Positions 48,004 through 57,313 of a stretch of 64,000 nucleotides of DNA are shown piece after piece. This stretch comes from Myxococcota bacterium. GTDB taxonomy: Bacteria > Myxococcota_A > Polyangia > Nannocystales > Nannocystaceae. The stretch covers positions 1-64,000 of the forward strand of contig JBCCHT010000012.1 of the NCBI GenBank assembly GCA_039028615.1. Reading direction: 5' to 3'. Position 1 is the first letter of the stretch. Each line of letters opens with the position of its first letter. Below the pieces are notes generated by a model. It ran no database searches. It was not told the DNA's origin and was given only the letters and a program-made list of their open reading frames with translations. The position numbers and the translations under genes were made by a program.

Positions 48004-49503
48004 GTGAGCACCACCGTCCTCTTCGTCGGAGTCGTCGTCTTTGCCTTCGTGGCGGGCCGAATACTCGACCGCTTCACCCACAAGGCATTCGCGCTTTCGG
48101 GGGCGGAGTACCTGTTGCTCGGGGCGATTCTCGGACCCTTTGCGCTCGGGGTGCTCGACGCCGAGGTCCTGCATGCGCTCGACCTTTTCGTGTCGACCGT
48201 GCTCGGCGTCATCGGGTTTCTCGTGGGGCTCTCGATTCGCCAGGTCCGTGCGAGCACCGAGGCGTTCCTGGCCGGCGGCGGGGCCACGGTCGGCATCATC
48301 GTCAGCGTCGCGGCCGTCGCCACGCTGATCATCCAGCTGCTCGACCCCAGCCTGCTCTACGTCGAGCCGCTGCTGTTCGAGCCGCTGACGGCCAGCTCCG
48401 ACTCGCTCGTCTCGCTGTGGATCTCCCCGGAGGCGCTGTGGATCGGGCTGACGGTGGGCGCCGCCGCAGGTACGTGCAGCGCCGCGCTGGTCGACGCCGC
48501 CCTGCTCCGCTTCGGAGTCGGGGCGGAGCGAGCCGCCCTGCTCCGCGCCATGGCGTCCTCGGCCCAGCTGCTCGCCGTGTTCGCGTTCGGCCTCGCCATG
48601 GCCGGGAGCCGAGCCACCACCGCAGCCAGTGCTCTCGGGCTGACCGTCGTCGAGTGGTCGACCATCACCATCTTGTCCGGCAGCTTCACGGGCTTGCTCT
48701 TCAGCATCTTCCTCGGGCGCGAGGGCGACCCCATGCGGCTGCTGGTCGCGGCCGTCGGCGTCATCGTGTTCGCGGCGGGCATCGGGGCGGCGTTGGGCGT
48801 CTCGCCGCTGTTCGCCAACCTCTTCGCCGGGCTCACCCTGGCGCTGACCTCGTCGCATGCGGCCCGGCTCGACGAAGCGCTACGGCCCCTGCGATTTCCC
48901 ACCACGGTGTTGGTGCTCTTGCTCGCGGGTGCCACCTGGGCGCCCGCCACTGGCTGGTACTGGGCGCTCGTGCCCGGCTACGTGCTGCTGCGTGTGCTCG
49001 CCCGTCGCGTGTTCAGCCGGGTCGCCGTCAGTACCTTCGTCGACGAGCCCGCCCACGCGCGGGGCATCGGCCGGGCGCTGCTGGGGCAGGGAGTGCTGGC
49101 CAGTGCCATCTCGCTGGCCTTCGCGCAGCGCTTCCCCGAGCTGGCGGGTCCGGTGACGTCGACCGTGCTCGGCGGCGTGTTGATCACCGACCTGTTCGCG
49201 ATGCGATCGTTGCGGCGGTACCTGGCCGACGCGGGCGAGATCAAGGCGCTCGCGCCTCCCGACCTCGCGCCGGAACCCGAGCCTGCGTCGCACGATGACC
49301 ACCAGGGGCACGGCGACTCCGAGCCGGCTGAGCAACCAGAGCCCGTCGCAGACGCAGACAAAGAGACCGAGCCCGCAGAGCCGGCCGAGTCCACATCGGG
49401 ATCCAGCGAAGAGCCCGAGCCGACCCCTGCGCCCGCGTCCGAAGCCAACGAAGAGCCCGAGCCGACACCCGAGCCCGCTTCCGACGAAGGAGCCTCCTCA
49501 TGA
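48004..49503 (+). CDS. Cation:proton antiporter (CPA)-like membrane protein with acidic tail
   Basis: SGAEYLLLGAILGP, GFLVGL, LGVSPLF, GQG.LA..I.L; about 12 TM; Glu/Pro-rich C-tail. Confidence 0.7.
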   Translation: MSTTVLFVGVVVFAFVAGRILDRFTHKAFALSGAEYLLLGAILGPFALGVLDAEVLHALDLFVSTVLGVIGFLVGLSIRQVRASTEAFLAGGGATVGIIVSVAAVATLIIQLLDPSLLYVEPLLFEPLTASSDSLVSLWISPEALWIGLTVGAAAGTCSAALVDAALLRFGVGAERAALLRAMASSAQLLAVFAFGLAMAGSRATTAASALGLTVVEWSTITILSGSFTGLLFSIFLGREGDPMRLLVAAVGVIVFAAGIGAALGVSPLFANLFAGLTLALTSSHAARLDEALRPLRFPTTVLVLLLAGATWAPATGWYWALVPGYVLLRVLARRVFSRVAVSTFVDEPAHARGIGRALLGQGVLASAISLAFAQRFPELAGPVTSTVLGGVLITDLFAMRSLRRYLADAGEIKALAPPDLAPEPEPASHDDHQGHGDSEPAEQPEPVADADKETEPAEPAESTSGSSEEPEPTPAPASEANEEPEPTPEPASDEGASS

Positions 49504-50837
49504 GAGCACTGATCTTGGGCGGTGGAGAAGCCGGCCGCTTCATCGCGGCATCCCTCCCCGACGATTCCGAAATCGTCCTCGTCGACGACGACCCCGAGGC
49601 GCTCGCGGCCGCCGAAGAAGGCCTCGACGTGTTGACCCTCCGCGGCGACGTCACCCACCGCGGCGTGCTCGAGCGCGCAGAAGCCCACCAGGCCGACGTC
49701 GCGGTCGCGGTCACCGGTCACGACGCGATCAACATCGCCGCCGCCGTCATGGCCAAGGAAGCCGGCGTCGGCAAGACGGTCGCCCGCGTCGACGATCCCG
49801 GCTTCTACAAGACCGAGCAGGGCCTCGAGCGATCGATCGCGGGCATCGACGCCTGCATCTGCGCCTCCCGCCTGGTCGGTCGCGAGCTGCTGCGCATGGT
49901 CACCTCGATCAGCGCCTCGTTCACCTTCAGCCTGGGCGGCGGTGCAGCGCACGTGGCCACCGTCAAGATCGACGAGACCTCGCCCCTGCGCGGTGAGGCC
50001 CCCGCCCGCCTCCGCTCGCGCAACGAGGCGGTCATCCGCAGCGTACTGCGAGGCGGCAACCTCCGCGCCCCGACCGAGGTCGAGATGCTCGAGGAAGGCG
50101 ACCGCATCCTGCTCGTGGGCACCCCGCTGGCGATCGCGGAGTTCGGTCAGCGCACCCACGCCCGCAGCCGCGCCGTGCTCATCGGAGGCGGCGACGTCGG
50201 GGTCCAGCTCGCCAACCTGTTCTCCACCCTGGTCGGCGACGTGCGGCTCATCGAGTCGTCGCGGGCCCGCTGCGAGGAGCTCGCCCGGCTCGTCCCCAAG
50301 GCCACCGTGCTCCATGGAGACGGCACCAGCCTGGGCTTCCTCCGCGAAGAACGGGTCGGCCTCGCCGAGTGGGTGCTTTCGGTGACCGGCTCGGACGAGG
50401 TCAACCTCATGGCGTCGCTGCTCACTCGCGAGCTGGGCGTCGAGCACACCTTCTCGCTGATGCACCGCCCGGGCTACGCCTCCGTCTATCAGCACTTGGG
50501 CATCGAGGGCACGACCAGCGCGCACGAGGTCATGGCCCGCACGCTGCGAGGACTCTTGCCCGGTCGCGAGCTGGTCGGCGCCGCTCGACTGACCGGGACC
50601 GACTTCGACCTGCTCGAGCTGCGCGTGCCGCCGCTGCCCCGCCCCATCGCCCCACGGTCCTTGCCGCTGGGCGCCAGCGGCCGGGTCATCGGGGTGGTCG
50701 GCAACCAAGAAGAGGTTCGCCTGTACGAGCCCGGCACCCGCGTCAGCGGAGGTGAACACGTGGTGGTGGCCGCTCCCGCCGCGCGCCGCCGGGAAATCGT
50801 CCGCGCCATTCGACGACTGGGGACCCACGACGAATGA
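49500..50837 (+). CDS. trkA: Trk potassium uptake regulatory subunit
   Basis: Two RCK-N domains (GGGEAG, GGGDVG), HGDGT, VTGSDEVNL; adjacent to trkH. Confidence 0.9.
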   Translation: MRALILGGGEAGRFIAASLPDDSEIVLVDDDPEALAAAEEGLDVLTLRGDVTHRGVLERAEAHQADVAVAVTGHDAINIAAAVMAKEAGVGKTVARVDDPGFYKTEQGLERSIAGIDACICASRLVGRELLRMVTSISASFTFSLGGGAAHVATVKIDETSPLRGEAPARLRSRNEAVIRSVLRGGNLRAPTEVEMLEEGDRILLVGTPLAIAEFGQRTHARSRAVLIGGGDVGVQLANLFSTLVGDVRLIESSRARCEELARLVPKATVLHGDGTSLGFLREERVGLAEWVLSVTGSDEVNLMASLLTRELGVEHTFSLMHRPGYASVYQHLGIEGTTSAHEVMARTLRGLLPGRELVGAARLTGTDFDLLELRVPPLPRPIAPRSLPLGASGRVIGVVGNQEEVRLYEPGTRVSGGEHVVVAAPAARRREIVRAIRRLGTHDE

Positions 50838-52279
50838 ACGCCCGGGTCGTCAGCGGCCTGACCGGCCTGCTCATCGGAATCGTAGCGCTGCTGCTGCTCG
50901 CCCCTGCGATCGTGGCCGCCTACGACGGGCAGGCGCGCTCGGTCGGAGCCTACGGGTCCACGGCCATCGCCGCCCTGGCGGTCGCCGTGGGCCTGCGCCG
51001 CTTCGGCCGGGGCGCGTCCGACGAGATCCACCGCAAGGACGCCCTCGGTGTCGTCGCCCTGACCTGGCTGTGCCTGGGGATCTTGGGCGGCCTGCCCCTG
51101 CTGATCGAGGGCTCGATCCCCGACCCGATGGGCGCGCTATTCGAGGCCGTCTCCGGCTTCACCACCACCGGGGCGACGGTGGTCGCCGACGTCGACGACC
51201 TCAGCCGCGCCACCAACCTGTGGCGCTGCCTCATGCACTGGGTCGGCGGCATGGGCATCGTGGTGCTCTTCGTCGCCGTGTTCCCCATCCTGGGCGTCGG
51301 CGCCAAGCACCTGTTCAAGTCCGAGGTCCCGGGGCCCATCACCGAGGGCCTGCGCCCGCGCATCCGCCAGACCGCCGTGGCCCTGTGGTGGATCTACGGG
51401 GGTCTCACCGCGCTGGCCACCGTGCTGCTGGTCGTCGCCGGTATGCCGGTATTCGACTCGGTCTGCCACGCCATGTCCACGCTGGGCACGGGCGGGTTCT
51501 CGTCGCGGGGGGCGAGCATCGGCGCCTACGACAGTGCGGCCATCGACTGGATCATCACCACCTTCATGCTGATCGCGGGGCTCAACTTCGGGCTCTACTA
51601 CGGCCTGCTCACCGGGCGCTGGTCGGAGCTATGGCGCAACTACGAGCTGCGCTTTTATCTCGCGATCAACGTCGCGGTCATCGCCCTGGTCGCCGTGTCG
51701 ATCCACGCCCGACACGGCTCCGCCATCGAGGCGGTGCGCTTCGCCGCCTTCCAAACCGCCGCGGTCACCACCACCACCGGGTTCATGACCGAGGACTTCG
51801 ATACCTACCCGGACATCGCCCGCATGGCCCTGTTCGGCTGCATGTTCATGGGCGCCTGTGCGGGCTCGACCGCGGGCGGCATCAAGGCCTCGCGGATCTT
51901 CATCCTCGGCAAGATCGTCCTCCGCGAGCTGCGAGCGGCCGTGCGCCCCAACGTGGTCCAGACCATCCGGGTCGGCGGGGGCAACCTCAGCCGCGACGTG
52001 GTGCGGGGCATCACCACCTTCTTCGTGGCCTACCTGGCGCTGTTCGGCATCGCCTCGTTCGTGCTGGTCGCCTTGGGCCTCGACATCCTGTCGGCCATGA
52101 GCGCCGCCGTGGCCTGCCTGTCGAGCGTGGGCCCGGGCCTGGCCGAGGTGGGCCCCGCCCAGAACTTCGGGTTCGTGCCCGGCCTGGGCAAGGGCGTGCT
52201 GTGCCTGTGCATGATCGCGGGCCGCCTCGAGATCTTCGCCCTCTTCGCCGTCTTCAACCCCGAGTGCTGGAGGAAGTAG
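50834..52279 (+). CDS. trkH: Trk potassium uptake channel subunit
   Basis: FEAVSGFTTTGAT, W.GGMG, TGGFS, TTTGF, GSTAGGIK, SVGPG, GRLEI. Confidence 0.96.
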   Translation: MNARVVSGLTGLLIGIVALLLLAPAIVAAYDGQARSVGAYGSTAIAALAVAVGLRRFGRGASDEIHRKDALGVVALTWLCLGILGGLPLLIEGSIPDPMGALFEAVSGFTTTGATVVADVDDLSRATNLWRCLMHWVGGMGIVVLFVAVFPILGVGAKHLFKSEVPGPITEGLRPRIRQTAVALWWIYGGLTALATVLLVVAGMPVFDSVCHAMSTLGTGGFSSRGASIGAYDSAAIDWIITTFMLIAGLNFGLYYGLLTGRWSELWRNYELRFYLAINVAVIALVAVSIHARHGSAIEAVRFAAFQTAAVTTTTGFMTEDFDTYPDIARMALFGCMFMGACAGSTAGGIKASRIFILGKIVLRELRAAVRPNVVQTIRVGGGNLSRDVVRGITTFFVAYLALFGIASFVLVALGLDILSAMSAAVACLSSVGPGLAEVGPAQNFGFVPGLGKGVLCLCMIAGRLEIFALFAVFNPECWRK

Positions 52280-52283
52280 CGGG

Positions 52284-55200
52284 ATGCGTCGGCTCTTCGT
52301 AGTGATTGCCCTGCTGGCCATGATGGTCAGTCTGCGTGCGCTCAAAGCCGAGACCTCCGATGGCTCCGACCCGCTGACGCTGGCCGCGATCGGCTTCGTG
52401 GTGCTCGCCGCGTTCGCGCTCGCCGAGCTCGGCGCCCGGCTGTCGCTGCCCAAGGTCACCGGCTACATCCTCAGCGGCGTCGCCCTGGGCCCCTTTGCCG
52501 CCAATGTGCTGTCCGCCGACGAGGTCGTCGAGCTGGAGATGTTCAGCACCTTGGCCCTGGGTCTCATCGCCACCACGGCCGGGCTCGAGCTCGACCTGCG
52601 TGCCCTCGCCCGGCTCACCCGCACGCTCGGCGCCACCATCGGGGTCAAGATCGTCACCGGCCTGCTGCTGGTGGGCGGGGCCCTGGTCGCCTTCGAGTCC
52701 TTCACCGGTACTTTGGGGCTGAGCGACACCACCACCATGGTCGCCATGGGCCTGGTGTTCGGCGCCCTGTCGCTCGGGACCTCGCCCGCCATTGCCCTCG
52801 CCGTGCAGAGCGAGAGCGGAGCCAAGGGGCGGCTCACCGAGATCGTCCTGGGCGCAGCCGTGGTCAAGGACGTGGTGGTCGTCGTCGGCCTGGCCATGGC
52901 CCTGGCGGTGAGCAAGGCCCTGCTGGGCGGCGGCAGCCTCGGCATCGACGTGGTGCTCCACCTCGGGCAGGAGCTCGGGTCCTCGGTGCTCGCGGGCGCG
53001 GTCTTGGGGGTCATCCTCATCGCCTACCTGCGCTTCGTGAAGACCGAGATGTTGCTCTTCGTCGCCGCCATGGTCCTGGTGGTGGCGGAGATCAGCGCGG
53101 TGCTCCACCTCGAGCTGCTGCTGGTCTTCATCGTGGCCGGCGTCGCGGTCCGCAACTTCTCGCCCTACGAGCACGACCTGCTGTCGCCGCTGCAGACCAT
53201 CTCGCTGCCCGTGTTCATCGTGTTCTTCACGACGGCGGGGGCGAGCATCGATCTCGGCGCGACGTGGTCGGTGCTGCCGCTGGCGCTGGTGCTGTGCGGA
53301 GCTCGGGCGGGGGGTTACTACGTCGCGTCCCGGGTGGGCGGCGGTTTCGGCAACGAGCCCGATGCCGTGCGGCGCCTGGCCTGGCTGGGTTATCTGCCGC
53401 AGGCCGGCGTCACGCTGGGCCTGGTGGGCTTGGCCGGCACCGCGCTGCCCGAGCTCAGCGAGCCGCTCGCCTCGCTGGGCATGGCCGTGGTCGCGGTCAA
53501 CCTGCTGGTCGGCCCCATCACGCTGCGCGTCGCGCTGCGGGGCGCGGGTGAGACCGCCGACGCTCGCCCGGCCGAGCAAGAAGAAGGCGAGGTCGCGCCC
53601 GTCCCCGTCGAAGAGCTGCCCGAACAGCTCGAGTCTCCCGAGCTCCGCGCCATGCTCCTCGAGCTGCGGGAGTCGCTGGCCCAGCCGTGGGAGCGCTGGC
53701 GCAAGGGCACGCTGGAGCCCAACGCCTGTCGCTGGCGCACGAGCATCGATCCCTCGGGCAGCTCTCGCGCCAACGATCACGGGGCGGCCGCGGTCCTTCG
53801 CGGCCTCGAGCGCGTCGCTCTCGAGCAAGAGCACGACCCGGCACAGGGCCTGCGTACCGTGCTGCGGCAGCAGCTGCATCACCTCCAGGCGCTGCCCCCC
53901 ACCGCCGTCGTGCCGCTCGAGGAGCGCAACGCCCGGCCCGGCCCCGACGACTCGCACTTCGCCCGCTGGCTCAAGCGGATCGCCGCGGTCGGTGCGTTCA
54001 TCGGAGGACGCCGCGGACGACGGAGTCGCCGCGCTCCCGTGCGCATCACGGCGCGCACGGTCATCGAGCCCGCCATGGCGCGGCTGGCCGAAGAGACCCT
54101 CCGCGACTGGCAACGCTACGAGGTCGAGTGCCTCGAGACCCTCGAGCGCGTCGCCTTGCACACCGGCTCGGGCGAGGACGCGGTCACCGAGCTGCAGCAA
54201 CGCCAGCAGGTGCTGCTCGACAAGGTGGCCTCCAACCACCGCGCCACGCTGTGGGCGGCCACCCGCGAGCTCGCGCGCCGCCTCGCCGTGCTGGGAGCCC
54301 CGGGCGCGCCCGCTCGGACCCGCTACTCCACTGTCGAGCGCGAGCTGACGGCCAGCCTCGACCGCCTCGACGCCGACGCCGAGGAGTGGCCCTCCCGTCG
54401 CCGCGCCGCCGTCGACCGCCTACGATTCAATGCCGAGACCGAGCGGGTCGAGCACAGAGTGCGCGCCCGGTTGCAGCAAGAAGTAGTGGCCCCGCTCGAC
54501 AACGCCTTCGAGCGCATCGAGGTGCTGCTCCGCGAGCAATACCAGCGACTCGAGAGCCTGCCGCGCTGCGCCGACTTGGCCGATGACGACGCGTGGGCCC
54601 GCGCCGACGCCCAGATCCGCGCCGTGCTGCCCAAGCCCGCCGCCAAGGAGCTCCGCAGCCTGAGCACCCGCGTGCGCCGAGCCACCTCCAGCGACAACGC
54701 CAGCGCCGAGCTCCGCAGCTTCGTCTCCGATGGCGACCAACAGATCACGGTGGTCGCCTCCCTCGACGCGCTGTCGCGAGCCGCCCGCCCGGCCGAGGTC
54801 GAGATCGTCACCGTGAACGTCCGCGAGCTCAAGGAGGTCCAGCTCGCGGGGCGGGTCTTGCCGCTCATCGAAGAGTGCCTCAGCGACGCTGCCATGGCGT
54901 TCTCCGCCGTGCGCGATCAGATGCGCGAGGTCGTGAGCCTCGCCGAGTTCGGCTTCGAAGCCGCGATGCGGGCACGCGGCGACGAGAGCAGCTCCATCAC
55001 CCAGCTCGACGAGGCGCTGTCGCGGGGGCAGAGCATGCTCGAGGCGCTTCAGGCGGGGGCGGCCCGCAGCTGGGTCGACGGGCGACCGCGGCTGCTCGGG
55101 GTCGTCAACGGCCTCGCCGAGCAACTCTCCGACATGGTGACCGCCACGGCCGGGGGCGACCACGGGTCGGCCGCGGCTCCGGTGAGCACGTGGGCCCGCC

Positions 55201-56441
55201 TTCGCCAGCGCGTGCTCCGTTGGCAGCGGCGGACCTTCACCACTCTACGACAGCTCATCCACGCCCTGCGGACCGGTGAAGTCGGTCAAGCGGCAGAGGA
55301 CCTCGCGCTGCGCTATCGCCTGCGGGCGGGCCTCGAGCTGTTCGACGCCCACGCCATCGCATCCTACCTCACCGAGCAGCAGGAGCTCCGGCGCGACCGC
55401 CTCGGAGGCCTGCACGCGTCGCTGTTCTCGCCCGAGCCCCTTCGCGATCCTCGGCTCTTCGTCGCCAACCGCGAGTCGCTCGGCACCATCGTTCGCGCCG
55501 AGCGTTCCTGGCAGTCGGACTATGCCAACGGCAACGGTGTGCTCGTCGTGGGAGCCACGGGCACGGGCAAGAGTTCGACCCTCGGCATCGCCCAGCTCAA
55601 GCTCGGCACGCGCCGGGTGATCTCCGTGCGTCCCACCCCCGAAGCCACCAGTCTTCGCGGTGCGCTGGCGCGGGCGCTCGGGGTGAGCGACGACGAAGAC
55701 GCCATCGACGGCGCCCTGCGACCGACCCCGTCCATCGTCGTCATCGACGACCTCCAGCGCTTCTTCCCGCCCACCGCCGCGGGGCTCGGGGCCCTCGCCT
55801 CGTTCATCAGCCGCGTCGTCTCCACCCGCGAGACCACCTTCTGGCTGGTGGGCATGGCCGAGGAGTCGATGTTCACCTGGCAGAGCCTGCAGGCCCTCGA
55901 CGAGGCCTTCCCCTGTCGTATCCATCTGAACCCGCTCGACCTGAGTACCCTGGCTGCGGTCATCGAGGCCCGCCGCGAGCTCGGCGGTCAGCGCTGCGTC
56001 TACCCGGCACCGCGCGGCGCCTGGCTGGCCAAGGTCCTGCGCCGCTCCCCGCAAGAGACCTACCTGCGGCGCCTGAGCACCGCGGCGGGAGGGAGCCTGC
56101 GCCGCGCCATGGACCTGTGGCGGGCGCATGCCGAGGTCGACGACGATGCCCTGCACCTGCGGCCCATCACCGCGATCTCGTGGCGACTGCCCTTCGTCCA
56201 GCAGCTGCGGCCCGAGGCGCAGGCCATTCTCACCCTGCTCGTCCGACACGGAGACCAGCCCGCGGCCGCCATCGCGACCGCGCTGGGCCTCGATGCCCCC
56301 GCCCTCGAGGTGCACCTGCGCTTCTTGGTCTCGAGCGGACTCATCTGCGACGACGCGGGGGCCTACGGGATCGCCACCTTCGTCAAAGACGACCTCATCG
56401 CGGCCCTGCGAGAGACCGGCTCGGTAGGAGGAAGCGTCTGA
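52284..56441 (+). CDS. CPA antiporter fused to long helical region, P-loop ATPase and winged helix
   Basis: N-terminal about 420 aa: LPKVTGYILSG.ALGP, TSPA, KDVVV, FF..AGA.ID, PQAGV; Walker A GATGTGKSS (55551), Walker B IVVIDD; C-terminal L..LV..GLI. Confidence 0.82.
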   Translation: MRRLFVVIALLAMMVSLRALKAETSDGSDPLTLAAIGFVVLAAFALAELGARLSLPKVTGYILSGVALGPFAANVLSADEVVELEMFSTLALGLIATTAGLELDLRALARLTRTLGATIGVKIVTGLLLVGGALVAFESFTGTLGLSDTTTMVAMGLVFGALSLGTSPAIALAVQSESGAKGRLTEIVLGAAVVKDVVVVVGLAMALAVSKALLGGGSLGIDVVLHLGQELGSSVLAGAVLGVILIAYLRFVKTEMLLFVAAMVLVVAEISAVLHLELLLVFIVAGVAVRNFSPYEHDLLSPLQTISLPVFIVFFTTAGASIDLGATWSVLPLALVLCGARAGGYYVASRVGGGFGNEPDAVRRLAWLGYLPQAGVTLGLVGLAGTALPELSEPLASLGMAVVAVNLLVGPITLRVALRGAGETADARPAEQEEGEVAPVPVEELPEQLESPELRAMLLELRESLAQPWERWRKGTLEPNACRWRTSIDPSGSSRANDHGAAAVLRGLERVALEQEHDPAQGLRTVLRQQLHHLQALPPTAVVPLEERNARPGPDDSHFARWLKRIAAVGAFIGGRRGRRSRRAPVRITARTVIEPAMARLAEETLRDWQRYEVECLETLERVALHTGSGEDAVTELQQRQQVLLDKVASNHRATLWAATRELARRLAVLGAPGAPARTRYSTVERELTASLDRLDADAEEWPSRRRAAVDRLRFNAETERVEHRVRARLQQEVVAPLDNAFERIEVLLREQYQRLESLPRCADLADDDAWARADAQIRAVLPKPAAKELRSLSTRVRRATSSDNASAELRSFVSDGDQQITVVASLDALSRAARPAEVEIVTVNVRELKEVQLAGRVLPLIEECLSDAAMAFSAVRDQMREVVSLAEFGFEAAMRARGDESSSITQLDEALSRGQSMLEALQAGAARSWVDGRPRLLGVVNGLAEQLSDMVTATAGGDHGSAAAPVSTWARLRQRVLRWQRRTFTTLRQLIHALRTGEVGQAAEDLALRYRLRAGLELFDAHAIASYLTEQQELRRDRLGGLHASLFSPEPLRDPRLFVANRESLGTIVRAERSWQSDYANGNGVLVVGATGTGKSSTLGIAQLKLGTRRVISVRPTPEATSLRGALARALGVSDDEDAIDGALRPTPSIVVIDDLQRFFPPTAAGLGALASFISRVVSTRETTFWLVGMAEESMFTWQSLQALDEAFPCRIHLNPLDLSTLAAVIEARRELGGQRCVYPAPRGAWLAKVLRRSPQETYLRRLSTAAGGSLRRAMDLWRAHAEVDDDALHLRPITAISWRLPFVQQLRPEAQAILTLLVRHGDQPAAAIATALGLDAPALEVHLRFLVSSGLICDDAGAYGIATFVKDDLIAALRETGSVGGSV

Positions 56442-57313
56442 TGACTCGACTGAAGACCGCCGCCCTCGCGACCTGCTCCCTGCTCACCGCCTGCCGCTCC
56501 CGCTCTCTCGAGGCCGAGGACGCGGCCATCGTCCGTACCTACGCCGACGAGCTGGGACCGGAGCTGCTCGCCGAGCTCAGCCACGTGCTCGACGTACTCA
56601 CCCCCGGCCGGGTGCTCGTCGCCCTGACCTTGGTCGCCTTCGTGGTGATCATGCAGCGGGTCCTGCTGCTCTCGGTCCGCATCGCGTGGCGGCTGGGCTG
56701 GGACCCGCAGCGCCGCCTCGCTCGCATCCGCAGCCTGGCCGAGATCGTCCTGCTGCTCTCGGTCGGCCTGCTGCTGGTGTGGATGGTCTTCAAGGTCGTC
56801 CCCTTGCTCACCTGCCTCGCCGCCATGTCGATCGCGCTCATCGTCGCGGTCGCGCTCCCCGGGGGTCTCCAGGACTTCGCCGCGGGCATCTCCCTGGCCA
56901 ATCGCTCCCGCTTCCTCGAGGGCGACCAGATCGAGGTCGGCCCGCACTCGGGCACCGTGCGCCACATCGGCCTCGTTCGCACCATGCTGCGACTCGGCGA
57001 CCGCGGCTCGCTGTGGATCCCCAACCGCGAGGTGGTGCGCAGCGCGGTCATGGTGGGTCGCGAGCAGCAAGCCCTGCCACTGACGGTGGAGCTGCCCGGC
57101 GGGCGGCTCGGCCCCGACCGACGCGAGCACCTGCGACAAGTCGCTCACCTGTCGCCCTATCGTCGGGCCGGCAGTCGCCCCACCCTCGAGCGCGAAGGCG
57201 ATCGCTGGACGCTCTCCTTCCAGACCTGGTGCACACGTCGGCCCGAGATTGCCGCCCGCTCCGTGGAACGCCAGCTCGCCGACATCGTGCGGCAGTGGGA
57301 GGCCCGCTCGTGA
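56441..57313 (+). CDS. MscS-family mechanosensitive channel
   Basis: LQDFAAGI, F.EGDQIEVG...GTV..IGL.RT.L, IPN; TGATG overlap with the upstream gene. Confidence 0.88.
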   Translation: MTRLKTAALATCSLLTACRSRSLEAEDAAIVRTYADELGPELLAELSHVLDVLTPGRVLVALTLVAFVVIMQRVLLLSVRIAWRLGWDPQRRLARIRSLAEIVLLLSVGLLLVWMVFKVVPLLTCLAAMSIALIVAVALPGGLQDFAAGISLANRSRFLEGDQIEVGPHSGTVRHIGLVRTMLRLGDRGSLWIPNREVVRSAVMVGREQQALPLTVELPGGRLGPDRREHLRQVAHLSPYRRAGSRPTLEREGDRWTLSFQTWCTRRPEIAARSVERQLADIVRQWEARS

